DNA of 64,000 nt, from positions 25,980,001-26,044,000 of the forward strand of contig CM075987.1 in assembly GCA_038087875.1 (NCBI GenBank), in the 5' to 3' direction. This DNA is from Malacoraja senta. Its lineage: Eukaryota. The position numbers were made by a program, and so were the translations under genes. This document shows, in pieces, positions 49,515 to 61,867 of this stretch (position 1 is the first letter of the stretch; each line of letters begins with the position of its first letter). The notes under the pieces are model-generated. The model was not told the origin of the DNA. It did not search any database and saw only the letters and a list, made by a program, of their open reading frames with translations.

Positions 49515-50994
49515 CATGTTATGCTTCTCATAGGTAAGAATCAACCAAATTGCAACTCCTTTGATATATTCAGTTCTCAAATATTACCACACACAGTAAT
49601 TAGTTGGAAAGCCATTTTCTCTCCATTGATTGCATTATTGACAAAATGAATTATGTGCATTAACCTTAAATTAGTTTAGACTTTTAACAACTCAGGTCCT
49701 TGTTGGTACCCAGAGGAGCAATCCATTCATCCTTTCCCCCCTTGCCTTATTTGCCTGCGTAGTTGTGGTTCATTCTCTCGTAAAAAAAAGCTCATCAACT
49801 CTCCTTTGATTTCTTATCCTATTACTTTGCAAGATTGGACAATTTAAATGGCCAATTAATCCGCTGACACATCTTTGGGATGATGGGGAGGGGTGGGGGG
49901 GGGGGAGGGGGGGGGGATGCTGAAGCTGTAATGCAAAAACCATTCTGACGAAAGTTTCTAGAGCCACCGAACATCAACTCAGTTTCTCTCCCACTAATGC
50001 TGCTTGACCCTAATGCAGCGAATTGTGGACGCAGCCCCGAACATCACGCAAACCAACCTCCCTTCCATTGTCTCCATCTACACCTCACGCTGCCTCGGCA
50101 AGGCCAGCAGCGTAATCAAGGACGAGTCGCACCCCGGCCACTCCCTCTTCTCCCCTCTCCCATCGGGCAAAAGGTATAGAAGTGTGAAAACGCACACCTC
50201 CACATTGAGCGACAATTTCTTCCCAGCTGTTATCAGGTATTGGGACCATCCTACCACAACCCGAGAGCAGACCTGCACCACTATCTATCTCATTGGAGAC
50301 CCTCGGACTATCATTGATCGGACTTTACTGGCTTTACCTTGCACTAAACGTTATTGAAGTTATTCCCTTTATCATGTATCTGTGGATGGGTCGATTGTAA
50401 TCGCGTATGGTCTTTCTGCTGACTGGATAGCGCGCAACAAAAGCTGTTCACTGTACCTCGGTGCAAGTGACAATAAAATAAACAAAACAAAATGAGATAT
50501 TCTTATCAAAGAAAGGCCTATCTTCAATCAACCATTCATTCTTATGCAAAACTTCAATAGGTTGCCCAGCCAATATCTCTCCATTGTAAAAGCTCATAGA
50601 ATTTATATAGTATGGAGTGAGAATTGATGAGCCATTATTTAGCAGAGTGAATCAATGATTCATATCCCCACCACTCTTCCACTTAGCTACTGTGCTTGAT
50701 TCACTGGGTCCAATGTTAATGGAAGGAGGCTGTTGGACATTTTTTTTAATGTCGGAAGGAATTGCAGATGCTGGTTTAAACCGAGGATAGACACAAAATG
50801 CTGGAGCCTGACACTCAGTCTGAAGAAAGGTGTCGACCTGAAACGCCGCACGTTCCTTCTCTCCAGAGTTGCTGCCTGTCCCGCTGAGTTACCTAATCCA
50901 GCTTTTTGTGTCTGCCTTCGGACCTTTTTTTGTTATTGCTTGATGTAATGCGCGCTGATTTCCCATGCCCCTTCGAGAGGGAGCTGGATTTTGT

Positions 50995-51420
50995 TTGGCG
51001 ATCGCTTCGCCCAACACCTCCGCTCAGTTCGCAATAACCAACCTGATCTCCCGGTGGCTCAGCACTTCAACTCCCCCTCCCATTCCGAATCCGACCTTTC
51101 TGTCCCGGGCCTCCTCCATTGCCAGTGTGAGGCCCAGTGCAAATTGGAGGAACAGCACCTCTTATTTCGCTTGGGTAGTTTATACCCCAGCGGTATGAAA
51201 ATTGACTTCTCCAATTTCAGGTAGTCCTTGCTTTCTCCCTCCTTCCCCTCCCCTTCCCAGCTCTCCCACAGCCTACTGTCTCTTCCTTTCCTTTCCCTGC
51301 CCCACCACCCCCCAACATCAGTCTGAAAAAGGGTCTCGACTCGAAACGTCACCTATTCCTTCGCTCCATAGATGCTGCCTCACCTGCTGAGTTTCTCCAG
51401 CACTTTTGTCTACCTTGGAT
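50995..51420 (+). mobile_element. Penelope-like 3' end with degenerate hammerhead-like core
   Basis: GDRFAQHLRSVRNNQPDLPVAQHFNS..; CTGAAAAAGGGTCTCGACTCGAAACGTC. Confidence 0.85.
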
Positions 51421-51456
51421 TTTGTTTTTGCTCAGATGCTGTTATCAGGCAACTGG

Positions 51457-51770
51457 GCAGTACGGTGTCACAGCGGGAGAGTAGCTGCCCTACAGCACCA
51501 GAGACCCAGGTTTGATCCGAGGTATGGGTGCTGTCTAAACGGAGATTGTACCTTCTCCCCGTGACTTGCCTGGATTTTCTCCGAGAACCTCGGTTTCCTC
51601 CCACGATCCAAAGACGTACAGGTTTGTAGGTTAATTGGTTTGGTATAAATGTAAATTGTCCCTAGTGTGTGTAGGATAGTGTTAGTGTGCGGGGATCGCT
51701 GGTCGGTGTGGACTCGGTGAGCCAACGGGACGGCTTCTGCGCTGTATCTCTAAACTAAACTAAACTAAAC
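51457..51770 (+). mobile_element. HE1 SINE inserted in a Rex1 3' UTR
   Basis: Rex1 'ATCAGGCAACTG|AATCATCCTA' is split by the SINE. Confidence 0.85.
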
Positions 51771-51908
51771 TGAATCATCCTATCACCAACTAGAGAGCAG
51801 TCCTGACCTACCATCTCCCTCATTGGAGACCCTTGGATTACCTTTAATCGGACTTCACTGAGACTTTATCTTGCACTAAATGGTATAGGTCATAGAGTTA
51901 GAATCTTA

Positions 51909-52238
51909 AACCCCTGTCCCACGGTACGAGTTCATTCCAAGAGTTCTCCCGAGTTTCCCCTGATTCAAACTCGGAGATTTACGGTAATGGCCGCTCGTCG
52001 GTACTCGGGGCTCTCGTGGACATTTTTCAACATGTTGAAAAATCTTCACGAGTCTTCCCGTGCTTACCTGCCGTTAGCGAGTCTTCCCGAGTACCTGCCG
52101 TTAGCGTTACGAGCCGCTAAGAGACGTCCCCGAGCTCCGACGTACCCGCTACGTTCATTCTCCGTGCTTACCACGAGTTTGATTTTTTTAAAACTCGGGA
52201 GAGCTCTTGGAATGAACTGGTACGTGGGACAGGGGCTA
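51909..52238. mobile_element. PIF/Harbinger-type MITE, family A
   Basis: Near-identical to 18641-18970; TTA/TAA flanks. Confidence 0.88.
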
Positions 52239-53224
52239 TAACAGCGTGGAAACAGGCCCTTTGGCCCAACGCCCACATGACCAACCTACACTAGTCCCGC
52301 CTATCTGCGTTTGGCCGATATCCCTCTAAACCTGTCCTATACATAATTCTTTTACGTTATTCCCTTCGTCCTGTATCTGTACAGTGTAGATGGCTTGATT
52401 GTAATCATGTATACTCTCCCCGCTGACTGGATAGCACAAAATAAGTACAAGGACACCAATCCTTTCCTATCTTGGGCCATTAAATATGTACCCAGTGTTA
52501 GTTGCCATCATATTAAACTGTGGTCATGCATCATTGTTACATTTTATAGCTTGTCATAACATCCTTTTAATGGACAGATCAAATATATAACACGATGAAA
52601 TAGCTTATATCTTTTTTGAAACTGCATCAAATCAAGATCACAATGGTAAATGCTGGGAGACCATTTGGCCCATCGCCTCCTGCAGACCTTTGAAAGGCCA
52701 CTGAAATAGTCACACATGGATCAGACATAGGTTTAAGATGAAGGGGAAAAGATTTAATAGGAACCTGAGGGGTAACATTTTCACATAAAGGGTGGTGGGT
52801 GTACGGAACGAGCTGCCAGAGGGGGTAAGAATATGTGTAAGAAGGAACTACAGATGCTGGGTTAAATCGAAGGATGGACAGACAAAGCTTGCGTAACTCA
52901 GCGGGACGGGCAGCGTCTCTGGAGCGAAGGAATGGGTGACGTTTCGGGTCGAGAGCCTTCTTCAGATAGACTGTTGGTGTAGTGGGAAGTACATCGATAA
53001 GGAAGTGTATAGATCAGGAGTGTAAGGTGTGAAAACAGGACCAAGGGAATGGAAAATGTAGAATAGATTATCGTTAGTGATCAGAGAACTAGGGTGGGGG
53101 AGGGATGGAGAGAGAGGGAAGTCAATATTCATACCGCTGCATTGTAAATTGCCCAAGCGAAATATGAGGTGCTGTTCCTCCAATTTGTGGTGGTTCTGAC
53201 CTTGGGAAGGTTGGAATGCAGCTG

Positions 53225-54977
53225 TAGACAATAGGTGCAAGAGTAGGCCATTCGGCCCTTCGAGCCAGCACTGCCATTCAATGTGATCATGGCTGATCAT
53301 CCCCAATCAGTACCCCGTTCCTGCCTTCTCCCCATATCCCCTGACTCCGCTATCTTTACGAGCTCTATCTAACTCTTCCTTGAAAGCATCCAGAGAACCA
53401 GCCTCCACTGACCTCTGAGGCAGAGAATTCCACAGAATCACAACTCTCTATGCGAAAAAGTTTTCCTCATCTCCGTTCTAAATGGCTTACCTCTTATTCT
53501 TAAACTGTGGCCCCTGTTTCTGGACTCCCCCAACATTGGGAATCTATTTCCTGCCTCTAGTGTGTCCAAACTCTTAATAATCTTATATGTTTCAATAAGA
53601 TCCCCACTCATCCTTCAAAATTCCAGAGTATACAAGCCCAGCCGCTCCAATCTATCAACATGTGACAGTCCCGCCATCCCGGGAATTAACCTCGTGAACC
53701 TACGCTGCACTCCCTCAATAGCAAGAATGTCCTTCCTCAAGTTTGGAGACCAAAACTGTGCACAATACTCCAGGTGTGTTCTCACTAGGGCCTTGTAGTG
53801 CCAGAAACTACAAGCCAGAAACTTAGGAGTAGATGCATTGAGCAAATCAACGATTGGATGAACCAGAATTTTCTCCAATTAAGCAAAGAAAAAACTGAAA
53901 TAATTGTTTTTGGAGCCAAGGAAGAACGATTAAAAGTTAGCACCCAGCTTCAAATGGTAATGCTAAAAACAACAAACCAAGCCAGAAACTTAGGAGTAGT
54001 CATGGACTCAGACCTGAACTTCAACAGCCACATAAAAACAGTCACAAAGTCAGCCTACTATCACCTGAGAAATATATCAAGGATTAAGGGACTTATGTCT
54101 CAGTAGGATTAGGAAAAACTTGTCCATGCATTTATCTTCAGCAGGCTCGACTACTGTAACAGTGTCTTTGCAGGTCTCCCTAAAAAGTCGATCAGACAGC
54201 TGCAGTTAATTCAGAACGCTGCTGCTCGAGTCCTCACTAAGACCAAAAAAGTAGATCACATTACTCCAGTTCTGAGGTCTTTACACTGGCTTCCTGTCTG
54301 TCAAAGAATTGATTTCAAAATACACTGGTTTACAAAGCACTGAATGGTTTAGGGCCAAAATACATTTCTGATCTTCTGCTTAGCTACGAACCACCCAGAC
54401 CTCTCAGATCGTCTGGGACAGGTCTGCTCTGTGTCCCCAGAGTCAGAACTAAACATGGAGAGGCAGCATTTAGTTTTTATGCACCACATATCTGGAACAA
54501 ACTCCCAGAAAACTGCAGGTCTGCTGCAACTCTCAGCTCTTGTAAATCTAGACTGAAGACTTTTCTGTTTGCCACTGCCTTTCAGTAAACAATACAATTT
54601 ATTAATTACCTATATTAAAAGCAATCAAATAAAATATTTAAAATAGAATAAAACCAGGAATAGAAGTTACAGTGCAGTAACTTCTATTCCTGGTTTTATT
54701 CTATTTTAAATATTTTATTTGATTGCTTTTAATTTTGTAATTATTATCTGAATAATCTAATAATCATTTTATATCTAAATGTCATTTTTATATGCTTTAA
54801 ATGTTTTATGTAAAGCACTTTGAATTACCTTGTGGTTAAAAGGTGCTATACAAATAAACTTGCCTTGCCTTGCCTTGTACAGCTGCAGTAGAACCTCTTT
54901 GCTCCTATACTCAACTCCTCGTGTTATGAAGGCCAACATGACATTCGCTTTCTTCACTGCCTGCTGTACCTGCATGC
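53225..54977 (-). mobile_element. CR1/HER1 fragment split by an L2 insertion
   Basis: ..LLQLYKA|LVRTHLEYCAQFWSP.. is continuous across 53798-54870. Confidence 0.88.
53798..54875 (+). mobile_element. L2-clade LINE 3' fragment
   Basis: [67 protein letters not shown]; tail AGGTGCTATACAAATAAA(CTTGC)n; GCCTTGTA on both flanks. Confidence 0.92.
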
Positions 54978-55591
54978 CTGTGTAAGAAAAACATTGTTGG
55001 GCTAAAGTTAAAGGAGATTCAATCTGCTGCTGTTGAAGGTGTTCATCGACCTAAGCAGTAACATTCCTCGCTTCCGATGGTATCTAAAATATGAATGGGG
55101 GGTTGACCTCCACTGGCAAGCAATTGCATATTCCCACAACAATGTATTTTATCACGGCTTGGCTTCACAACAGACAACACACTTTTAAGAAGCAAAGTGT
55201 TGCAATGAATCAAATGTCAGAACCTAGCCACACTTTCATTTTTGAAATCAAGGCTTTCACATAGATTTGATAATATGATTGGAAAAGCCTACAGACACAT
55301 GCGTGGAAAGCGTGCAGAGATTTATTTAACACAATTAATGTATTTCATAATCTTATCTGCAGAGAAGCAAAAGCTAATTACCAACTTCCCACCAAACCAT
55401 TAATCCAAAATGGGTTTAAAATGATCCGATCTAATCTATAATCACAGAACAAAGTTTTATTGAAAAGCGAAGTAATTTGGTGAACGTAAAACATTTCCAA
55501 CAGGACACTTTGTACCTTCAATAAATATATTCATAAAAAGTTTAATATTTTTGGAACAAAGATCATTTTCTCATTTTCTCATTTTCTCATT

Positions 55592-55725
55592 TTCTGAAGA
55601 AGGGTTTCGGCCCGAAACGTTGCCTATTTCCTTCGCTCCATAGATGCTGCTGCACCCGCTGAGTTTCTCCAGCATTTTTGTGTACCTTCGATTTTCCAGC
55701 ATCTGCAGTTCCTTCTTTAACACGT
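55592..55725 (+). mobile_element. Minimal Penelope-derived unit beginning at an intact hammerhead-like core
   Basis: CTGAAGAAGGGTTTCGGCCCGAAACGTT at 55594; CATTTTCTCA on both flanks. Confidence 0.78.
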
Positions 55726-55747
55726 CATTTTCTCAATGTTGGTAGCT

Positions 55748-56062
55748 CAGTGGCTCAGCGGTAGAGTTGCTGCCTCACAGCGCCAGAGACCCCGGCTCGA
55801 TCCTGACCACGGGTGCTGTCTGTACGGAGTTTGTACGTTCTCCCCGTGACCTGCGTGGGTTTACTCTGGGTTCTCCGGTTTCCTCCCACACTCCAAAGAC
55901 GTGCAGGTTTGTAGGGTAATTGACGTCTGTAAATTGTCCCTAGTAAGTGGGATAGAACTAGTGTACGGGTGATTGCCGGTCGGTATGGAGTCGGTGGGCC
56001 AAAGGGCCTGTTTCCACACTCTTCCACGCTATGAATTAAACTAAACTAAACTAAACTAAACT
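55748..56062 (+). mobile_element. HE1 SINE
   Basis: A/B boxes, V-domain, (CTAAA)n. Confidence 0.88.
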
Positions 56063-56439
56063 ACAGCTCCTTTCACCTTTAACACATTCCCAGTCACGCA
56101 TAGATCCTGTTCATAAGTTCCCAGGTTCTAGGAGCAGAATGAGGCCATATTGCCCATCAAGTCTACTCCACCATTCAATCATGGCTGATCTTCCTTTACC
56201 TCCTAACCCCGTTCTCCTGCCTTCTCCCCATAATCCCTGGGACCAATCAAAAAATCTGTCAATCTCCATCTAAAAAATATCCATTGACTTGGCCTCCACA
56301 GCCGTCTGTGGCAATTTAAGACGTTATATTACCCATGCCAGTTGGTCTGAGTCATCTGCAGTTATACAGGACAAATTTTACTGAATTAAAAGCTTTTTTT
56401 AATGTGATAGGTGGTACAGTTATGCTTTTTGTAGTTCAT

Positions 56440-56750
56440 TTTAGTTTAGTTTAGAGACAGCATGGAAACAGGCCCTTCGGCCCATCGAGTCCGCGCCGAC
56501 CAGTGACCCCCCCCCCGCACATTAACACTATCCTACACACACTAGCGACCATTTTAGATTTATACCAAAGCCAATTAACCTACAAACCTGGAGTGTGGGG
56601 GGAAACCGAAGATCTCGGATGAAAACCCACGCAGGTCACGGGGAGAGCGTGCAAACTCCGTACAGACAGCAGCCGCAGTCGGAATTGAGCCCGGGTCCCT
56701 CCCTGGTGCTGTAAGCGCTGTATGGCAGCAACTCCACCAATGTGCCACCG
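56440..56750 (-). mobile_element. HE1 SINE
   Basis: Reverse complement of the HE1 consensus. Confidence 0.85.
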
Positions 56751-57554
56751 TTCTACCTGCAAATTGACAGTTGTGCAAAGATAGCTCTGACAATGTGATC
56801 GAAGTATTATTGCAAAGTGCCTTCGATAGATGTGAGGATCGCACACATTTCAGCCTGTCTTGCAGTTGTCTGAGTCTTGAAAGGAAATAAAACTGGTAAA
56901 CAGTTCATCATATCAAAAGGAATCATAGTAAGAAATTCCTTTGCCTCTGTATTTCATTCAGATGAGGCAAGCCTTTATTCCCTTCTGTACAGTGCTGATA
57001 AGGAATAACAAAGGCTTCACGCAGAGCTTTATATCACTGTTATACCTTTAATGTTGCAGTTAAGGAAGGCTGCCATTTCTTAGGATCTAAAGATTTGAAA
57101 GCAGGGCAATGGGTCGAAGATAATGCAACGAAAACAGCAGATTTTATGAATATTTGTTTTCGGGGCATTTTATTGAAGATTGCAAACCAGTTTAACCTGT
57201 GACTGAAGATAGGCACAAAATGCTGGAGAAACTCAGCGGGGCAGGTAGCATCTTTTGGAGAGAAGGAATGGGTGACGTTTCAGCTCGGAGACCCTTCTTC
57301 AGACTGGGACTTTGGGGATTTCAGTGCCAACTGCCTACTATTTCTGTTTAGAAAATATATTTGTTTGATAATATACCAGAAATTGCAAAAGGCATCTAAA
57401 AAAAGCCAGTACGAATACAACTGGCAAGTGAGATGAATATTGAAAGCCCCTTAAATCAGAGTCGAGGTTACAATTAATGTAGATGTGTTTCATGTTCATG
57501 CACCATGTTAGGCACTGACATCGTGTGCCAAAGGCACCATGTGTGTAATGATCT

Positions 57555-58915
57555 GTGTAGGAAGGAACTGCAGATGCTGATGTAAACCGAAGATAGACAC
57601 AAAAAGCTGGAGTAACTCAGCGGGTCAGGCAGCATCTCTGGAGAAAAGGAATGGGTGACGTTTTGGGTCGAGACCATTAGTCAGAATGAGTGTCATGGGG
57701 AAAGGGAACGAGAGATATAGACGGTGACGTAGATAGATACAGAACAAATGAATGAAAGAAATGCACAAATGTTACGATGATAAAGGAAACAGGCCATTGT
57801 TAGCTGCGGCCTAGGTTAGAACGAGTTACAGACAATGAGACTCAACAAGACGACTTTGAAGCTGGTACACCTTGGATGGGGGAGGGATGCAGAGAGAGGG
57901 GATGCAAGGATTACTTGAAGTTAAAGAAATCAATATTCATACCTCTGGGTTGTAAGAGATTAGAGATTCCTTTATTTGTCATTCAGACCTTTCGTTGCCT
58001 GCAGTCATACATATAATAAATAACAAAACACACAATAAACACAAATTAACATCCACCACAGTGAGTTCACCAGGCACCTCCTCACTGTGATGGAGGCAAA
58101 AGTCTTAAAGTCTCTGTCTCTTCCCTCTTTGTTCTCCCTCTGCGCTGAGGCGATCCAGGCTTCTGATGTGGTGACCCTGCCGGGTGATGGTAAGTCAATC
58201 CCGCGGCTGAATCCGTGCTCCGTGACGGGCCGGTTCAAATTCCGCGGCCCGGGGTGGCCGAAGCTGCCGAAGCTGCCGCCCTCCAGTCCAGCGGACGCAG
58301 CTGTAGTTGCGGGAGCCCCAGAAAAACAGGTCACCCACCTGTGACCTGCGAGCTCCCGACGATGTCGTCCACCGGGCCCGCGGCCGAGCCTCCGGATTCA
58401 GGTTGCCACCAGTGTCCTCGGTCGCCACCGCCGGAACGCCACCGCAGCCCCGAAGTTGGCCAGCCCCGCGCTGGTAAGTCCTGGCTCTGCCTCCGGAGCC
58501 TCGAGGTCGGTCGGTCGCAGTTGGAGTTGGAGGCCGGCAGCTCCGCCATTAGGCCTCGGCGCAGACGGAGGCAGAGAAGGGGGATACGACAAGAAAAAGT
58601 CGCATTCCCCCGACGGAAGAGACAAAAATCATGTTTCACCCCCCCCACCCCACACATACACAACCCAATAAACTAAAATTTAACTAAAATAGGACAAAAG
58701 AAAACAACAAAAAAAGTAAAAACAGACGGACTGCAGGTGAGCCGCTGCTGTTCAACAGCGCCGCCACTTCCGAATTAAGGTGCCTAAGCTAAATATGAGA
58801 TGCTGTTCCTCCAATTTGCGTTTGGCCCCACTCTGACAATGGAGGAGGCCCAGAACAGACAGTTCAGTGTGGGAATGGGAAGGGGAATTAAAGTGTTTGG
58901 CAACCGGGAGATCAG
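57555..58915 (-). mobile_element. Penelope-like 3' end split by an insertion at about 57955-58780
   Basis: UTR and arm at 57555-57955; ORF part ..KLEEQHLIFSLG at 58780-58915. Confidence 0.75.
57955..58773 (-). mobile_element. GC-rich non-autonomous retroposon with Rex1-like tail
   Basis: Head CGGAAGTGGCGGCG, T-rich tract, G-run, GC-rich body, CCATCACAGTG..CTGTGGTGGATG hairpin, tail GAATGACAAATAAAGGAATCTCTAATCTC. Confidence 0.65.
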
Positions 58916-60330
58916 AATAGTGTTCTCTGGTTGCAGTAGGATGGTTCAGTTGCCTGATAACAGCTGAGAAGAAACTGTCCCTGAATCTGGAGGTGTGCGT
59001 TTTCAAACTAGTATGCCTTCTGCCTGATGGGAGAGGGGAGAAGAGGGAGTGACCAGGGTGCGACATGTCCTTGATTACGCTGCTGGCCTTGCCGAGGTAG
59101 CGTGAGCAATAAATGGAGTCAATGGAAGGGAGGTTGATTTGTGTGATGGTTTGGGCTGCTTCCCCAATTCGGCCTTGGATGGAGCTGTTCCCAACCGGGT
59201 GATTACTGGTTGGCACGAACTTGGTGGGGCCGATGAGCCTGTCCCTACGCTGCTACTCTAAACTATTGAGAGTTTCGAGTGTTTGAGTTTTTGAGAGTTA
59301 TAAAGGGGAGCAGAATTAAGCCACTTAGCCCATGAAGTCTACTCCGCCATTCAATCATGGCTGATAAATCAGCTATTCATGAATGGCGGAATAGACTTGA
59401 TGGGCTGAATGGCTTAATTCTGCTCCTATAACTGATAAACCTATGAACTAAATTAAAATGAAAATACTTTGCTTCGCTGTCCTCTCTGCTCTTTGTATAA
59501 GGTTCACCAGCTCAGATAGACCCCTTCTCTATTTTAAAATTTTAAATTAGTAGCAGAATTAGGCCATCAGGTCTACTCCGCCATTCAAGCATGGCTGATC
59601 TATCTCTCCCTCCTAACCCCATTCTCCTGCCTGCTCCCCATAACCCCTGACACCCGAACTAAAATCAAGAATCTATCCATCTCCGCCTTAAAAATATCCA
59701 CTGCCTTGGCCTCCACCGCCTTCTGTGGCAAAGAATTCCACAGATTCACCAGCCTCCGAATTTCTGAACTTGCCAGCATTGCGACCTCAGAAGAAACTCC
59801 ACAACGGATTATTCTGATCCTCCGGACACTGCAGGAGTATGAATTGGTGCTGGAGATATACGGAGCCTGTTGCCATGAGCGATAACCATCACCATTAATC
59901 TTCCTTGTTCTGCCACAGATACTCTCCACACCTCCTGGGTTGCTTTTATTAAACTTTGTATGTCTTCCAGGCAATTCCATTTTAATTTCCAGTTTCTTTA
60001 TGCTCGCAAAGGGTTATTTCTGAGCATTTCTTGTCGGTTCTCTGGGCTATCTCCTATCAAGCTTTTCCATCAAACGATTTCAAGAGAGTTACTGTAGATT
60101 CAGCACTTCGGGCTCACGGGATCAATGGATATGGGGAAAAAGCAGGAACGGGGTACTGATTTTGGATGATCAGCCATGATCATATTGAATGTGTTGGTGC
60201 TTGCTCCAAGGGCCGAATGGCCTAATCTTGCACCTATTTTCTATGTTTCTATTATACCCATGGCTATGTACAACAGATTGGTCTTTATTCTAAAGATAAA
60301 TGCTTTCATCCTTCTCTCCCACACACAACA

Positions 60331-60750
60331 TCTATATATTACTAAAAACCTCATCTTGTTTGTTTGGATGTCTGTCTGTAAGTGAGTGAGTGAGATCCTG
60401 AAATTACGCCAAAACGGCACACGATAGTGCTACAATTTTTGCTCCACCTTACTCACAATTGTCCTGTGGTGTGTTTTCAACAAGTTTCGTTCAGATTGAT
60501 GTTATATTTTACAAGTTATCTCATTTTTTAGGTTTACAAAACCCCACTTTGAGAAAGATTTATTTCTAATCTGCACTGGCAGTTACCAGCTATGATGTCA
60601 CAATGGGATTGTAGCCCTGCCCACTACAATGGTGCTATCCCAGTACACCGAGTCCTTTAGCAAGTGCAATTGCATTTTTTTTAAAGTTTACTATGAGGGA
60701 GGGTGAATAAGGGGAAATGAGCCAGCCTGCACACTTGGGGGCTAAAAGTT
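60331..60750 (+). mobile_element. Probable non-autonomous Helitron 5' part
   Basis: A|TCTATATATTACTAAAA start followed by (GTTT/GTCT/GAGT)n microsatellite; no clear 3' hairpin-CTAG seen. Confidence 0.45.
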
Positions 60751-60837
60751 ATAGAAATCAATATTCATACCGCTGGGTGTAGAAGACCAGTTGTCTTCTG
60801 ACTGACTCTAACGCTGCAAAACTATCTGTAGATTCAT

Positions 60838-61045
60838 GGAGTCACAGAGTCACAGATACACAGAGATACAGAGTCACAGAGTCACAGTCACAGAATCACA
60901 GAGATACAGAGTCACAGAGACACAGAGACACAGAGACACAGAGAGGCAGAGACACGGAGACACAGAGACACAGAGAGACAGAGTTGCAGTGACATAGTCA
61001 CAGAGTCACCCAGACACAGAGTCACAGAGTCATAGATTCATAGAG
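60838..61045 (+). repeat. Imperfect 8-bp tandem repeat (GTCACAGA/GACACAGA)n
   Basis: About 25 units, grading into the CATAGAGT CR1-type tail. Confidence 0.9.
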
Positions 61046-61129
61046 TGTTACAGCGTGAAAACAGAGTGATTAACTTCACTATCTGATAACTTTCAGTTGG
61101 GTGTGTTTTTTTGTGCTTTTCTTTGACTC

Positions 61130-61445
61130 ATACAGCATGGAAACAGGCCCTTTGGCGCAACTTGCCCACACCGACCAACATGCCCCATCTGCACTAGTTT
61201 GGCCCATATCCCTCTAAACCTGTCCTAACCACGTGTCTGTCTAATGTTTCTTAAACATTGTAATAGTCCCTGCCTCAACTACCTCCTCTGGCAGCTCGTT
61301 CCATACACCCACCACCCTTTGTGAAAATGTAACCCCCTCAGATTCCTATTAAATCTTTACCCCCCTCACCTTAAACGTATGTCCTCTGGTTCTCAAATTC
61401 CCCTATGCTGGGCAAGAGACTGTGCATTTTACCTAATTTATTCCT
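61130..61445 (-). mobile_element. CR1 3' fragment (variant whose tail matches HE1)
   Basis: GGAAACAGGCCCTT tail shared with HE1; similar copies at 19010-19295 and 48275-48600. Confidence 0.8.
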
Positions 61446-61867
61446 CTGGTAAAGTTGTACTTCAATGAAGTTTAATTTAACAGAAATCTAGTTTGCCTTC
61501 CCATCAAAAATCCAAACCAGTTAACTTACATAACTCATAGTAAATTACCATAACACTAAGATATCATTACTGACTACTGTGCTGCACAGCTAATTTTCCT
61601 GTTATATTCTATATCTTCCAACATTTCCCTTCGTTATGTGTTCATAAACACATACTGTAAGGACAGTTTCTTCCCAGCTGTTATCAGGCAACCGAATCAT
61701 CCTACCACAACCAGGGAGCAGTGCTGAACTACTATCTACCTCTTTGGTGACCCTCGGAGTATTCTTGATCGGATTTTGCTGGCTTTACAAAGCTGCGCTG
61801 CCATGCCAAGGGACGCAGCGGTAGAGTTGCTGCCTCACAGCACGAGAGGCCCGGGTTCAATCCTGAC

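Noticed and set aside
59750..60115. Coding-looking segment between CR1 tails
   Set aside because: No recognisable domain and frames are interrupted by stops; possibly an unclassified TE fragment
60838..61045. CRISPR-like array
   Set aside because: Simple 8-bp tandem repeat with no unique spacers, in a eukaryotic context
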